Positions 25,304 to 36,409 of a DNA stretch of 64,000 nucleotides are shown piece by piece; within the stretch, counting starts at the first letter, position 1; every line of letters starts with the position of its first letter. The position numbers and the translations under genes are program-made. This stretch comes from Lobosporangium transversale. Lineage: Eukaryota. Under the pieces are notes generated by a model that was given only the letters and a program-made list of their open reading frames with translations, was not told the DNA's origin and searched no databases. The stretch lies in contig NW_019028988.1 of the NCBI RefSeq assembly GCF_002105155.1, forward strand, positions 186,001-250,000. The letters run 5' to 3'.

Positions 25304-26551
25304 GTCAATAAGCAACATTAGATACAAAGTCAGGCACAAAAAAAAAAAAAAAAAAAAAAAAAAAAGAAAGACAAGATCCGATTTACGCACATGTACCTTT
25401 TGGTGACGCCCATTATTATGGAGCTTCAACAAATTGCTGAGTACACCAGCTTTAGAAGGTTGTCGAGAGGAATCGGCGGCGGTAGTAGTGGCGGCGGCAG
25501 TGTTTGTTGTAGGTTGTGATTGTTGATCTCGGTTGACAGACACCATTGGTGTTGCTACATCTCCCTGAAAGAATCTGGAGATGCGATCGCATTGGCGATT
25601 ATTGCCGCCAGGCTTTTCCTTGTTCGTGACCTGCTCCTTGAATAGCACATGCAACTCCTTTTTCTTCCCGGAGGACTCCTCAGCTGGCGGAGTAAATGAC
25701 ATTGATGGTATCAGTGTCACATCTGAACCTCCGATTCCATGTGTCAGGGGGCCTGCCCTCACAGAGGTTGTAGGAGTAGTGGTTGAAGGACTGGCAGTGT
25801 CAGACGTAGTAGTACTATTATTTTCTGTTACTGGTCCAGTCGATCCAAGACCCAAGCTGTTGATGACCATGGAGCACTTTGCAATAACTTTCTTGAAGGG
25901 TTGGGTTTCAGGGGATTTATATTTCAAAGATGAAGTTTTGGAGCCCTCCAACATGATTGGTCCATCCTCATCACTTTCTCCTTTCCCCTCCCTTTCCCTG
26001 CTATCGGCCAGATCTGATAGTGCGCGATGGAGTTGTAAGGTCATGGCATGACTATCGGCTATAGAGTTAGTGTTGGGGCTGGAATTGGGGCTGGAATGCG
26101 TAGTAGAGCTCCTAGAGCTTGTCAATGGGGTGCCAGACTCTTCTTGGATCTGAAGAGAATCTAGAGAGAAAGGATGGCGTGCGCTTAGTGCTACCGGTTT
26201 TGGTGTTTGGGGGATGTGATTACTGCTATTACTATTATTGCGCTGATTCTGGTTAAGGTTTGGATGGGGGGATATGGGAGAGGCGATTGGAGTGGTGGGT
26301 CGTTGAAGTGGGTAGTATTGGTGATTTGATCGTTGGTATGCAGCAGTCATGTAATGCTGGCGAAGACCGTTAGGAAACCTGTCCGGAGCTGAATCCGATG
26401 CATTACTAGGGCCAGCTAAACGGTTGTCAATAGCACGGATGTTGCTATTGCTGTTGTTATGAGAAGGATCATTGATCCCGTTTATCCTACTGGTGCCTGC
26501 TGGAATGAAGCGAGGATTGGAAGAGGCGTTACGGTTATTGCTATTGGACAT
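23466..26551 (-). CDS. PRM10: ThrE-family putative threonine/serine exporter (Prm10-like), ~968 aa with long disordered N-terminus, 2 exons
   Basis: RQDYILRLAKSMIKYGAPPHRLE, YLPNLMIVAF, IIVLPGF, GSVRLFYA, FLVPGSIG and about 10 hydrophobic segments. Intron 25396-25218 (AAG|gtacat..tag|TCA) joins the two ORF-track frames. Confidence 0.88.
25235..25300 (+). repeat. (AAT)22 microsatellite in the intron of the ThrE-family gene
   Basis: Perfect trinucleotide run, read directly. Confidence 0.97.
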
Positions 26552-27631
26552 GAATGGATTGATTTTTGGAGTAGAAGAGAGGGTCTGATCGCAGAATGTT
26601 TGTTCCACAAAATATGTAAACAGACGTGAGAGATTGATTCGAGTGCAGAGATTCTGCAGAACAAAGAAAAAAAAAATATAAAGAATGCGAAAAACCCCCC
26701 CTTCCATCCTTCAAGGAGTAACGTTTTACAATGAATAGATTTGAAACCTCGGCGAAGAAGTAAGAAGTATAAATGACATGTATCCATGGATATATGGATG
26801 ACCTCGATCAACCCAACAATTACAAATTACAACACTGACAATTCTCTGTGTTCTTGAGTCTATCTTAATATACAAAGTGAACACATACTGTCGGTATATG
26901 AAAGGAGAGATATCGCTCGCATGTTCGCCATGAGAGTGACAAGGTCGGACTCCGTTCTGTGAATGTGAATGTATTGAATGTGCCGTTTTGATGTGAGATA
27001 ATCCAATGGTCAACCGCTTATCTGTCTTACATGTTACAAATCCATGACATTAGTTTCATTTGTGCGCAAATCGAATGCACTTTTGTTTCGGGAAATGAAT
27101 TTTACCAGTATCGTAGGATAAGCTGAATCTACTAGGAAGCTGAAGCGATCTAAAAAAAAAAATAAAAAAAAAAAAAAAAAAAGGCAGTGGATAAAATCTC
27201 AGAGAACCGATGTAAAACAAAGCTTCTTTTTAAGTATACATTTTATTTCCCCAGAAAACCCCTCTTTTAGACACAATCCTCACTTTAGTGCGACTTGAAT
27301 GGATTGTTACACGATGTTTTGTTTGACTGTTCTCGCTAGAAATACAAAAGAGTAAATGGATAAATGGATAAATAGGCGAAGGAAGGTAGGGGTTTTGTTT
27401 CATTCATGCATGGTCGAGACAAGGAATGATTCCGAGAAAGGATAAAGAAAGAAAGGGAAAAGATGATTAAAGCATTCATGGCCAATGGTTTGATCAAATA
27501 GCGAAAGGCTATTATTATAGGTTTTTTGTCACTTCAACTGAATAGCCTCAACTGCTTCTAGAGCTGAAAGTGAAATCACCAACGAGAGAAAATAGGAGCA
27601 AAAGACCTTTTATATATATATATATATATTT

Positions 27632-29467
27632 TTATGATCTCTTTAATTCAAATGACGATCGATAATGAGTGCGAGGGGAACCTCGGGAGCGTTTATCCCA
27701 ACGGTTTTTGGGCAAGATACCCGCTAATTTTTTAGAAAGCCTATTACTTTTGTTGCCATTATTTGTGAACTGGAAAGTGTGGACCAGTGACTGGAGCCGT
27801 TCACCCCACTTTTGATGGCCTTTGTTCTTCCTTAGAGCTGAGCAGTAAGCATTACTATCTTCACCATGATCGTCCTTAATCGGTAAAAGAGGGATGGTAC
27901 TGGAACGAGGATACCCTGATGGAGATGGGCGGGACATCTGTGTTGGGAATGATGACACTGAAGGGGCAGAGCCAGCACCAATACCTGGATTTGTGAGCGC
28001 TGAAAAGAACTTTCGAGGCTTGTGACCCATTGATTTAGTCGTAGAGGACATTGCTGAGGCTTTAGTAGACGAGGATGAGTAAGGCTTCCCATTGGGCATG
28101 TTTGTTGAAAACAGTGACGACAGTGGTGGGTCCGTCGGACAAGGCAGCTGCTTCCGTCGCCGTGCCCAGTCCATCAGCGGTGCTGATACTAATGTTGACT
28201 CTGTTGCTTCATCGCTAACACGCACACTGTCAAAGGCAGCTTCAACCGCAGCCGCGCGGTTGTTGACGCTCTTGCTGTTGCTGTGCAGGCCATTCAAAAA
28301 GGCAGGAACCTCTGGTGATGGAGTGGTAATACTCCCAACGGTCAAGGAAAGCTCGGCTAGCAGTATTTCTTGCTGATGTTTAGAAATCATATCACCCATT
28401 ACTGGGACTGAAGCCGAAACTGGAGTTGAAACTGAAACTGGAGCAATGATGTTTGACGGAAATAACGCCGATAGGACAGATGTCCGCCTATTCATGAGGA
28501 AGGATGGTCTTCTCATTTGAGTTTCAATCTCTAGGAGACGTTCTGACAACGAGTTCATTTCATCCAAAAATGGTACTGGCGCATATGGGGCCTTGACATC
28601 ACTACAGTAATCTGAGAGACGTGACGACTGTGGCGGCGCACAAGAAGCTTGGTCCGAACTGCAATACGTAGTGGATGGATTTAGTGAAGGGGGAGGTATA
28701 GAAGATGATAAGGGCTGGCAAGGCGGTAAAGATTGATTATGGACGGGTTTGATATTAAGCATAGGCGTATCTGGTGTATTTGGTTCTGACCCTTGCTCTC
28801 TTAAACGTGCGATTCCTGGTATTACACTTATATGGGACTTTTGACCATCCTCAGTAAGAGTAACAAAGAAGCCCGAGCTGATGACCCAATTCCGGTTCTT
28901 ACCGGATTTTGAAGGTGGAGGAGACACGGATGACGACGCTGCTGGTTCTTCAGACTCAATTGTAGGCAGTCCGGTAGAAACAGGGGCAGACCTGGTTTTT
29001 GAACAAGGGGTAGTTTGGGCCTTACTTTTTGGGAACGCATGAGGTGGTGGGGGAAACAAGGTAAGTAAAATTTCGCTGTTCAATCGAGAAATGACGGAAT
29101 TGTTGACTTTGGAGATGTCGTTTTTGGCCAGAGTGAACGTTGTAGGGGACATTAGTGGATATGATGATTTCAGACTTGAGTATCTCTCTGTAAAAAATCT
29201 CCTGTTGCCGCGTTTTTGCGAATCTCGGTCGCATATGTGGGTATCAATGACATGCAGTTTACAATGAGTATCTGGGCTGTTTTTCTGCATATTTCCTTTG
29301 AACTTGGATGACGACATAGGGGGAACAGAAGAGGGCGAAAGCAGCGAGGGCGCTGATGCTGATGCCGGTGCTGAGGATATGAGTTTTGTGTTTAATATTG
29401 ACGATGATGTTGATTGGGATTGCGACCTATGTGCAATGTTCAATGGTGCGACTGAATTAGCTGGCAT
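27632..29467 (-). CDS. Uncharacterised 611-aa Ser/Pro-rich, probably disordered protein, apparently single exon
   Basis: 1836-nt ATG-to-TAA ORF without the long homopolymers typical of non-coding DNA here; no recognisable domain. Confidence 0.7.
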   Translation of the reverse strand: MPANSVAPLNIAHRSQSQSTSSSILNTKLISSAPASASAPSLLSPSSVPPMSSSKFKGNMQKNSPDTHCKLHVIDTHICDRDSQKRGNRRFFTERYSSLKSSYPLMSPTTFTLAKNDISKVNNSVISRLNSEILLTLFPPPPHAFPKSKAQTTPCSKTRSAPVSTGLPTIESEEPAASSSVSPPPSKSGKNRNWVISSGFFVTLTEDGQKSHISVIPGIARLREQGSEPNTPDTPMLNIKPVHNQSLPPCQPLSSSIPPPSLNPSTTYCSSDQASCAPPQSSRLSDYCSDVKAPYAPVPFLDEMNSLSERLLEIETQMRRPSFLMNRRTSVLSALFPSNIIAPVSVSTPVSASVPVMGDMISKHQQEILLAELSLTVGSITTPSPEVPAFLNGLHSNSKSVNNRAAAVEAAFDSVRVSDEATESTLVSAPLMDWARRRKQLPCPTDPPLSSLFSTNMPNGKPYSSSSTKASAMSSTTKSMGHKPRKFFSALTNPGIGAGSAPSVSSFPTQMSRPSPSGYPRSSTIPLLPIKDDHGEDSNAYCSALRKNKGHQKWGERLQSLVHTFQFTNNGNKSNRLSKKLAGILPKNRWDKRSRGSPRTHYRSSFELKRS

Positions 29468-31013
29468 AATGTAGTGTGATATGCTCTGTAGAAGATGGCT
29501 GTGGTTGATTCTTGCTAACTAATGGGTAACAGATATAATGAATACAGAATCAGAATGAAAACTAGTAAGAAAGGATGAAAAAGGAACTCTTATATGTATT
29601 TTTTTTTTTTTTTATTATTATTATTCTAGTCCACAACGGCCCCTTCTTTCTTCTTCCGCAAGGCAACCCATCTTTCGTGGCATGTTATGTAAATTATTTT
29701 CAAACTGGATATGCTCAACAGGGGAAATGTAGTAAAGTGTAGTATGCTCATGCGTTAGTTGTAGGGGCATCCAATTCAGATGAGTTGAGTTTACACCACC
29801 CAGTAATGAAGCTGACTACCTTTCAATCTGTGCAAAATCAAGAGAAGCCGGTGTAGATGCATGCATGTCTTATGCAGTCTATTCAACAGTCGATTATAGG
29901 TCAGGGTGACAATGAGAAGGGGCAAAGACCAACACCAGATTACAAGAGCATGATTGCGAAAGGAGGTGAAGGTTCCAGAAATGCTTTATTTTCATTGGCG
30001 TCTGGCATTGTCAACATTTAATTTTTTTTGTTCATTGGTTTGAAGGCTCTTTGATAGACGTTTTAAAGGTTCTTACAGCGATAAAATATATCCATCAGTC
30101 AGCAAATTCTGACACGTTTTCCTAGCTCGGAGTCGTGCCAAGTCTCTACTTTTGTTCATATTGTGAATAGTGAGGACGACCTTTGTCATCTTTCCCAGCC
30201 ACAACATCAATCTTGGCCCCCAACCTAGAGGACAAGACACCATTGTATTTGGGGTTATATATTTGAAGTGGTTCATGACAGGTTCCTTCCATCATCCATA
30301 CGATGATGTTATTTTTATCGTTTTCTTAACATTTGCCGGCCTTGACAACCGCAATGGCGAGAAGGAGACGGCATGATGTGTAGGGAAAGTGAGGATGAGA
30401 GCATTAAGGAGCCATGCATAATGAACTTGAGTATTGTCTTTTTTAAAAAAATAAAGAAAAAAAAGGATAAAAGGCATCTAAGGAGGTCTATATCAGGCCA
30501 GCTATCACTCAGAAAAAAAGGCTCCTCATACTAGTTTTATATGCTGTGTTTGAGTCTTTTCTCTTCATGTGTGGCCAGCTGAATTTTTTTTTTGTTATCG
30601 TCAGGTTATGGCAAGAGAAGGGATGTTGTTTGCTTTTACAATGTCACAGAAAAACGATAGATCCTTGTGACACTTGTAATAAAACAGTAAATGAGAAAAA
30701 TTGGGTTTAAATGATTTGGATGATAGGCCGTGTTTCAGTAAAATATCTAATTCCTAATTCAAATTAAAGATGTCTGAAAACTCAGGAACAGATGGTCCTA
30801 ATCATAAAGATCTTGATTGGAGGATTTTTTGTCATATCCTGTGTAAACATGTACATGTACATGAATGAATGAATAGTTTATATAACATGTATGCCACCAA
30901 TGCCGTGAGCCAATGCCTTTTATTAGTCTGAAAGACGGAAGATGTCGTCAGCAATAGTGTCGAGATATTTAGGCTAAAGGACATGGTGTAGGACTCTTAT
31001 GATTTGTATTCAT

Positions 31014-31052
31014 CACAGTCAGCCACAGTCAGCCACAGTCAGTCAGTCAGTC
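31014..31052 (+). repeat. (CACAGTCAGC) tandem repeat, about 3 copies, decaying into (AGTC)n
   Basis: cacagtcagc cacagtcagc cacagtcagt cagtcagtc, read directly. Confidence 0.85.
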
Positions 31053-31806
31053 GATGAAGCTGGCGACAGAGACCATGGACAGGGACCGGAGAGCAGAGGA
31101 CAAGTAGACTAACTGTAAACTAGACCACTCAACTTCCTCTCTTCGACATGCAATATATCATAGTGTATGTATTTATCTATTTATCATTCCCATGGTCAAT
31201 TGGTTTTACATTGATATATTTTATTTCATCTAGTGTACACAGCCATCCAATGCAACAAACATCAAATATCAAAAGAGACCATTTTCTTCCTCCTTTCCTT
31301 CCTTTCTGTCTGTCTTCTCTCTTTTTTTTTTTATATATCCCATTACCATCATCTCATTCTCATCTCATAATCTGATTCCGTGTGGTTCAGCATCTCTACA
31401 CTCGTTCATGAACCTCGACTGATTCTCCCTCCCTCTCTTTCTCTCTCTTTTTATTTTTATTTATTTTTTATTTTTATTTTTTTTTTATAACGACCTTGTT
31501 GCATCTTTTCATCACCTCATCATCTCATCTTTCCGTCCCTGACAATCGAGTCCACATCTACATTGCACAAACACTGAAAACAAAACTTCTTCATCCACAT
31601 TCATTCATCTACTTCATATATCGCATTCCTACTATTAAACATACACAAGTCTATATACCTTTACCCTGCAAGCATATCCTTTGTCGCACTGAACGCGTCA
31701 ACTATCCCTTCTCTCTCTCTCTCTTTTTCTTTATATTCTTTAACACTTCTATCTCAAGGAAGACAGGTGCTGGTTCTACATCTGCTAATTATATATTTCA
31801 TACAAT

Positions 31807-34800
31807 ATGAGTAAGTCCCTTTCTCTCTTCGTTCCAGCAAAATGTTTCGAATACCTCTTTCTCTCCCACTCCTTTCCCCTCATTTTTTTTTTTTTGTTGT
31901 ATCTACAGGGGGCCTCAACCACAAAAAGAAAAAAAAAAAACTTGTGTATCGTCAATTTTTTCAATGTGGTGAATATTACAAACATCCCACAGAGTCTTGT
32001 GTAGCTCAATGGTATCAAACCATGGACTACTCACCGCATGTTTGCCCAACAGGACATGAGAAAAAAAAAAAAAAAAAAAAAAGTGATCTTTTGCAGCGTT
32101 GGTCTTTTATGGATACAGATAGTCAGATCAGGACCTACAGCGTACATGAATAGAATGATACACAGGAAAAAAAAAAAAAAAAAAAAAAAAGAAGAATCAC
32201 TTCAATTTTTTTTTTTTTTTTTTTTTTTTTGGGGACTGGGTCAATCTATTCTAATTTTGGGCTTTGGGATCGCACGAGTTATTTTTAACCTTGGGCCATT
32301 GTAAATGACATTGCGTCCATGTGCACAATGCAAACAAATCTTACTGCAGAGAGTTGCTTGCTTTTGTGAACCCTTTATCTGCGGATAACTTTGTGCTCCA
32401 TCCTCCTGGAGGAATATATTAAATACGCTTAAAAAACAAACAAACAAAAAAAAACTCACAAGGATTTATCTATGCTTTTACTTGGTTTGGTTTGATTTAG
32501 GTGACTGGAAACGACAGAAAGTTCAGGACCACAAGTTCGACTTTATTGATGTCGAAGACTACATTGACAACTCTCCCTATCGCAAATTCAAATATTCGCT
32601 TGTCTTTGCAGTTGTCATCAAAGGCATATTGATTTACTGCGCCGATTTATGGTAAGTTATTCTTCTTTCAGAAAGTGCTTTTGCCGAACAGGCCAAGGCT
32701 TGGATATTTAGCATGTCTATCCGATAAGAGAAATGAAATGAAAATGCTCACCTCTTTTTTGTTTTTTATTTTTATTTTTTGTTTTTTATTTTATTATTTA
32801 TTTATTTACTCTATTCTATTGGCATTGTCGTTCCCCTCTGTCTCTTTCATCGATGCACTCATCCTTCACTACATCTTTCTTACTCGCTCACTTGATATAC
32901 ATACGCATCCTTATTCCTTTGAAATCCTTCGTTTTCCTCTCTCAGGACGGCAGTCAACTTGCTGGTGACTAAAAACTGGCAATTGGCAGGTTTCGAGGGA
33001 AACAAAGAACTCAGCTGGGGTATGTAATAGCTATTTTTTTTTTTTTTTTTTTTTTTTTTTTGATGAAAAAGGTACAAAAACTCATCATTGCAATTTCCTT
33101 TTCTTTTCTTTTTCTTTTTCTTTTCTTATTAATATAGGTGGCATCAACATCACCTCCGGAATTTACAGAGTAAGCTACTTCATATGCATGTGTTATTTAT
33201 CGATCATACCTACATATCAGCGCAAAGCACACAAAAGAGTATAGGGAGATATGTTTATTTTTTCCTCTTCTTCTTCGTAACTAATTCATCTTTTGGACGT
33301 TTGCTATAGTATCTTTTTTCCGCATGTATTATTCTATCCTTTATTTTGCTGGCATGGGACATGAAAAAAGCGGTGGCAATTGTTCAAAGTCGTGATATCA
33401 GTTATGCATTCACCAGCATGATCGCCTACAGATACTATGCTATCAAAAGCTACGCTCATTTCTGTCTGTTCGAAAAGATCCACAACTCCAAAAAGACAAT
33501 GGACGAAATTGCTTTCTTTTGCTTCTTCACCTTCCGAGGTACTATTAAAAAAAAAAAAAAAAAAAAAAAAAGATTGTAGTTGTACTTCATACTCGCTCGC
33601 GCTTATTAGGATGCCTATATAACTTTGTTTTACTTTATTCTATTCGTAGGCTGGAAGCGCTTGCTGTTTGCGGATGGGCCAAGACAGGTTATCAATGCGA
33701 TCATCTTGATGACAATTATTAAGAGTCAGGGAAACAGTTTGAATATTTTCGAATACAAGGTCGCAGGAGGAAACACAACAAAGATCACCTTGGTTCTCAT
33801 GACATTCACGCTTACATTGTGGATCATCTCGATTCTGCTGATGCTTGTGGCGGTCTGTCTCTACATCCCTTTGGTCATGCAGATTCAAGGAAACCTCAAG
33901 GAATTCTGTTGCCACAAGATTGATAAACGGTATACAATCTTGGTTGCTATTAAGAAAAATGGACATCAATATGTAAAAAGTAATACCAATTTATTTATTT
34001 ATTTATTTTTATTTTATTTTTTTGTTTTTCTAATGATACATAGAATTGATGAAATTGTCAAGAAAAAAGCGAAGCAGCGTGCACAGGAGGCAGCCAAGAA
34101 TGCAAAGAACGGAAAGGGTGGCGAGACCCCACTTCAAAAACCAACATTGCCCAATATAGACTTGTTTGAGGAAGGCCCTCGAAACTCTCCTAGACTTGCA
34201 CCAGCTCCATCGCCATACATGGGAGGATCGCCTGGTCTTCGTAAAGCAATGCCACCTAACGATCCCTACCGCCGACAATACCCACAACAGCCTTCACGGC
34301 CATATTCCCCAGCCCCCGGAAGACCCTATACCCCTACCATGGACGACGATGGCGATACAAGGCCATTGCGACAGGATAATCATGCACAGCACTATCATAA
34401 TCGTAACTTGAGTCATCAAAATCACTCCTACGATTATCCAGATGACCGGAGTGAGATCAGTGAAGGCGCGTATAGTTCAGGAGGTGGCTATCATCCTCAT
34501 CAATATCCACCAAAACCCAATATCCAAGCGTTTCCACATCGACGACAGGCTTCAGATACCAGCACAGTCTTGAGTGGTTCGAACCAAGGCAGTGTGGTGA
34601 GCGGATACGGACCAAGCCGTGGAGCAAGGCCTCATCCACTCCAGCAGCAGCATACCGGACATGAACTCGGTAATGGCAATCATTTCTCAGATACAGTCAT
34701 GTTGACAGATATGAGTGGCCATCGTGGCCCGCCCAACCCTTATAGTGGGATGAATGGAGGTAACGGTGGCTACCATGGACCGCCCACAGGTCTGGGCGGT

Positions 34801-34911
34801 GGTGTCCATCCTAACCCTAATGGAAGCGTTGTAAGCGGTTCCAGTTACGTGGAACAGCAGCGTGGGCACTATCAGCAAGGCCCATATCCATCGAACCGGC
34901 CTCACAATTAA
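31807..34911 (+). CDS. KCH1: Kch1/Prm6-like fungal potassium-transport membrane protein, about 7 exons
   Basis: Spliced MSDWKRQKVQDHKFDFIDVEDY..ILIYCADLW|TAVNLL..YLFSACIILSFILLAWDMKKA..SRDISYAFTS..AYRYYAIKSYAHFCLF..FTFR|GWKRLLFADGPRQVINA..GNLKEFCCHKIDKR|IDEI..KPTLP. Confidence 0.85.
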
Positions 34912-34922
34912 AGCTGTAAAAT

Positions 34923-34958
<36 letters not shown>

Positions 34959-35630
34959 CAAAAAAAAAAAAGGAAAGAAAAAAAGAAAGAAAAAAAAAAT
35001 GCACAGAAATACATATTTATATATATAGAAAGAAAAAAAAAAAAAAAAAAAAAAAAAGAACTTGGAACTAGAGCTGCTTATACTCATTTTTTTTCTTCCG
35101 GATTGTTTCGTGTACAAACCTCGTTAATGTTTTTGGGACTGAAATGTTATTAACTTTACAAACATGCATGTACCACACGGACATTCTAGCAAGGGAAGGA
35201 TCATTCCAAATGGAATGTCGTTAAGGATAGGATTATAATGAATTCCTCAGACGAGCCAAATAGGATATGACAGTGTCAACCCGTCCTTATAAAGACATAA
35301 TTTGGATGCGATGTGATGTTCATCCAATGCTTTGGGTAACGTTGTACAGATAGGATGGATACAAACGAAAATATTCTCACTTCTACACTTCTAATAGGAT
35401 GCACAAAAGCACGCGTCGCATGTAAAGAGTGCGATCTTGATGTAGCACGGGCCATTTGGGAATCAGAAAGATTGATTGTCTCCTCCCCTCTTTTTTTTTT
35501 TTTTTGTTTTTTTTACAAGAGATGGTTCCTCTTTTACACTGTATTCCAATTTCTCATGTTAATACATGGATGCATGCATAAAGCAAATAATGGCATCAAA
35601 AGAGATTTACAAACTCAGTGTCAAAGAAAG

Positions 35631-35637
35631 TATAAAA
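35631..35637 (+). promoter_or_regulatory. Candidate TATA box (TATAAAA) upstream of the His-rich secreted protein gene
   Basis: Exact TATAAAA about 120 nt before ATG 35753; AT-rich context makes chance occurrence possible. Confidence 0.35.
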
Positions 35638-35752
35638 CTCTGGACAATATTTCATTCTTGATACCCATACCCTCCTCATCAAAAAAAGAAAAAAAAAAAA
35701 AAAACGTGTACGTTTCACCATTTTACCCTGCATTTAGACTGCTACTTTAATC

Positions 35753-36409
35753 ATGCGTTTCATCCTTTCTGTCTTCTTGGCCTCGGTCCTTGTTGGTACT
35801 ATGGCAATTGCTGATCCCCATCAGCGGCAACAAACAAACTTCAAACTGGCACCTCGTCACCTTCATAATCACAAGGCTGATCATCCTCATCACCACAACC
35901 ATAAGACTGACCATCCTCATCACCATCACAAATCCCAAGAGAGCCATGAGCACAAGCATTTGCAGCGTCGTGATGTAAAGGCCACTGCTGATGCTCCTAT
36001 TATCAACGTCCAGGCGGATATTTTGGAGCTCCACCGCCAAAAACAACCGTTGCAACATCACCATCAGCAGCAACATCACCATCAGCAGCAACATCACCAT
36101 CAGCAGCAACACCAGAAGAGCAAGCCTAGCAATTGCAACCAACACCACCGGCGTGACTTGAAGGCCGTTAGCCTTCACCGTAAGAAACACCATTCTCATG
36201 TTCAAAAACAGCAGCAACAGCAGCAGCACGAGGTTGCATCATGCCACCAGCACGAGAAGCGTGATTTGGATGAGCTTTTGGCGGCCTTTGGCCTTCATAC
36301 CAAGAAGCGTCCTCAGCATGGACGCCATAAGGCCTCCCACAAGGGCAAGAAGGCTCGCCATCACCAAAAGCACAGGCAAAACCATAAGAGCAAACACAAC
36401 CGAAGCTAA
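35753..36409 (+). CDS. Secreted His/Gln/Lys-rich protein, 218 aa, with repeated dibasic (Kex2-type) sites; single exon
   Basis: Signal-peptide-like MRFILSVFLASVLVGTMAIA; 46 His by hand count; QRR|DV, HRR|DL and EKR|DL sites; an internal 30-nt duplication with mostly synonymous differences. Confidence 0.85.
   Translation: MRFILSVFLASVLVGTMAIADPHQRQQTNFKLAPRHLHNHKADHPHHHNHKTDHPHHHHKSQESHEHKHLQRRDVKATADAPIINVQADILELHRQKQPLQHHHQQQHHHQQQHHHQQQHQKSKPSNCNQHHRRDLKAVSLHRKKHHSHVQKQQQQQQHEVASCHQHEKRDLDELLAAFGLHTKKRPQHGRHKASHKGKKARHHQKHRQNHKSKHNRS

Noticed and set aside
31995..32050. tRNA-like start TGTGTAGCTCAATGGTA in the Kch1-like intron
   Set aside because: No T-loop (GTTCRA), anticodon stem or acceptor-stem partner downstream
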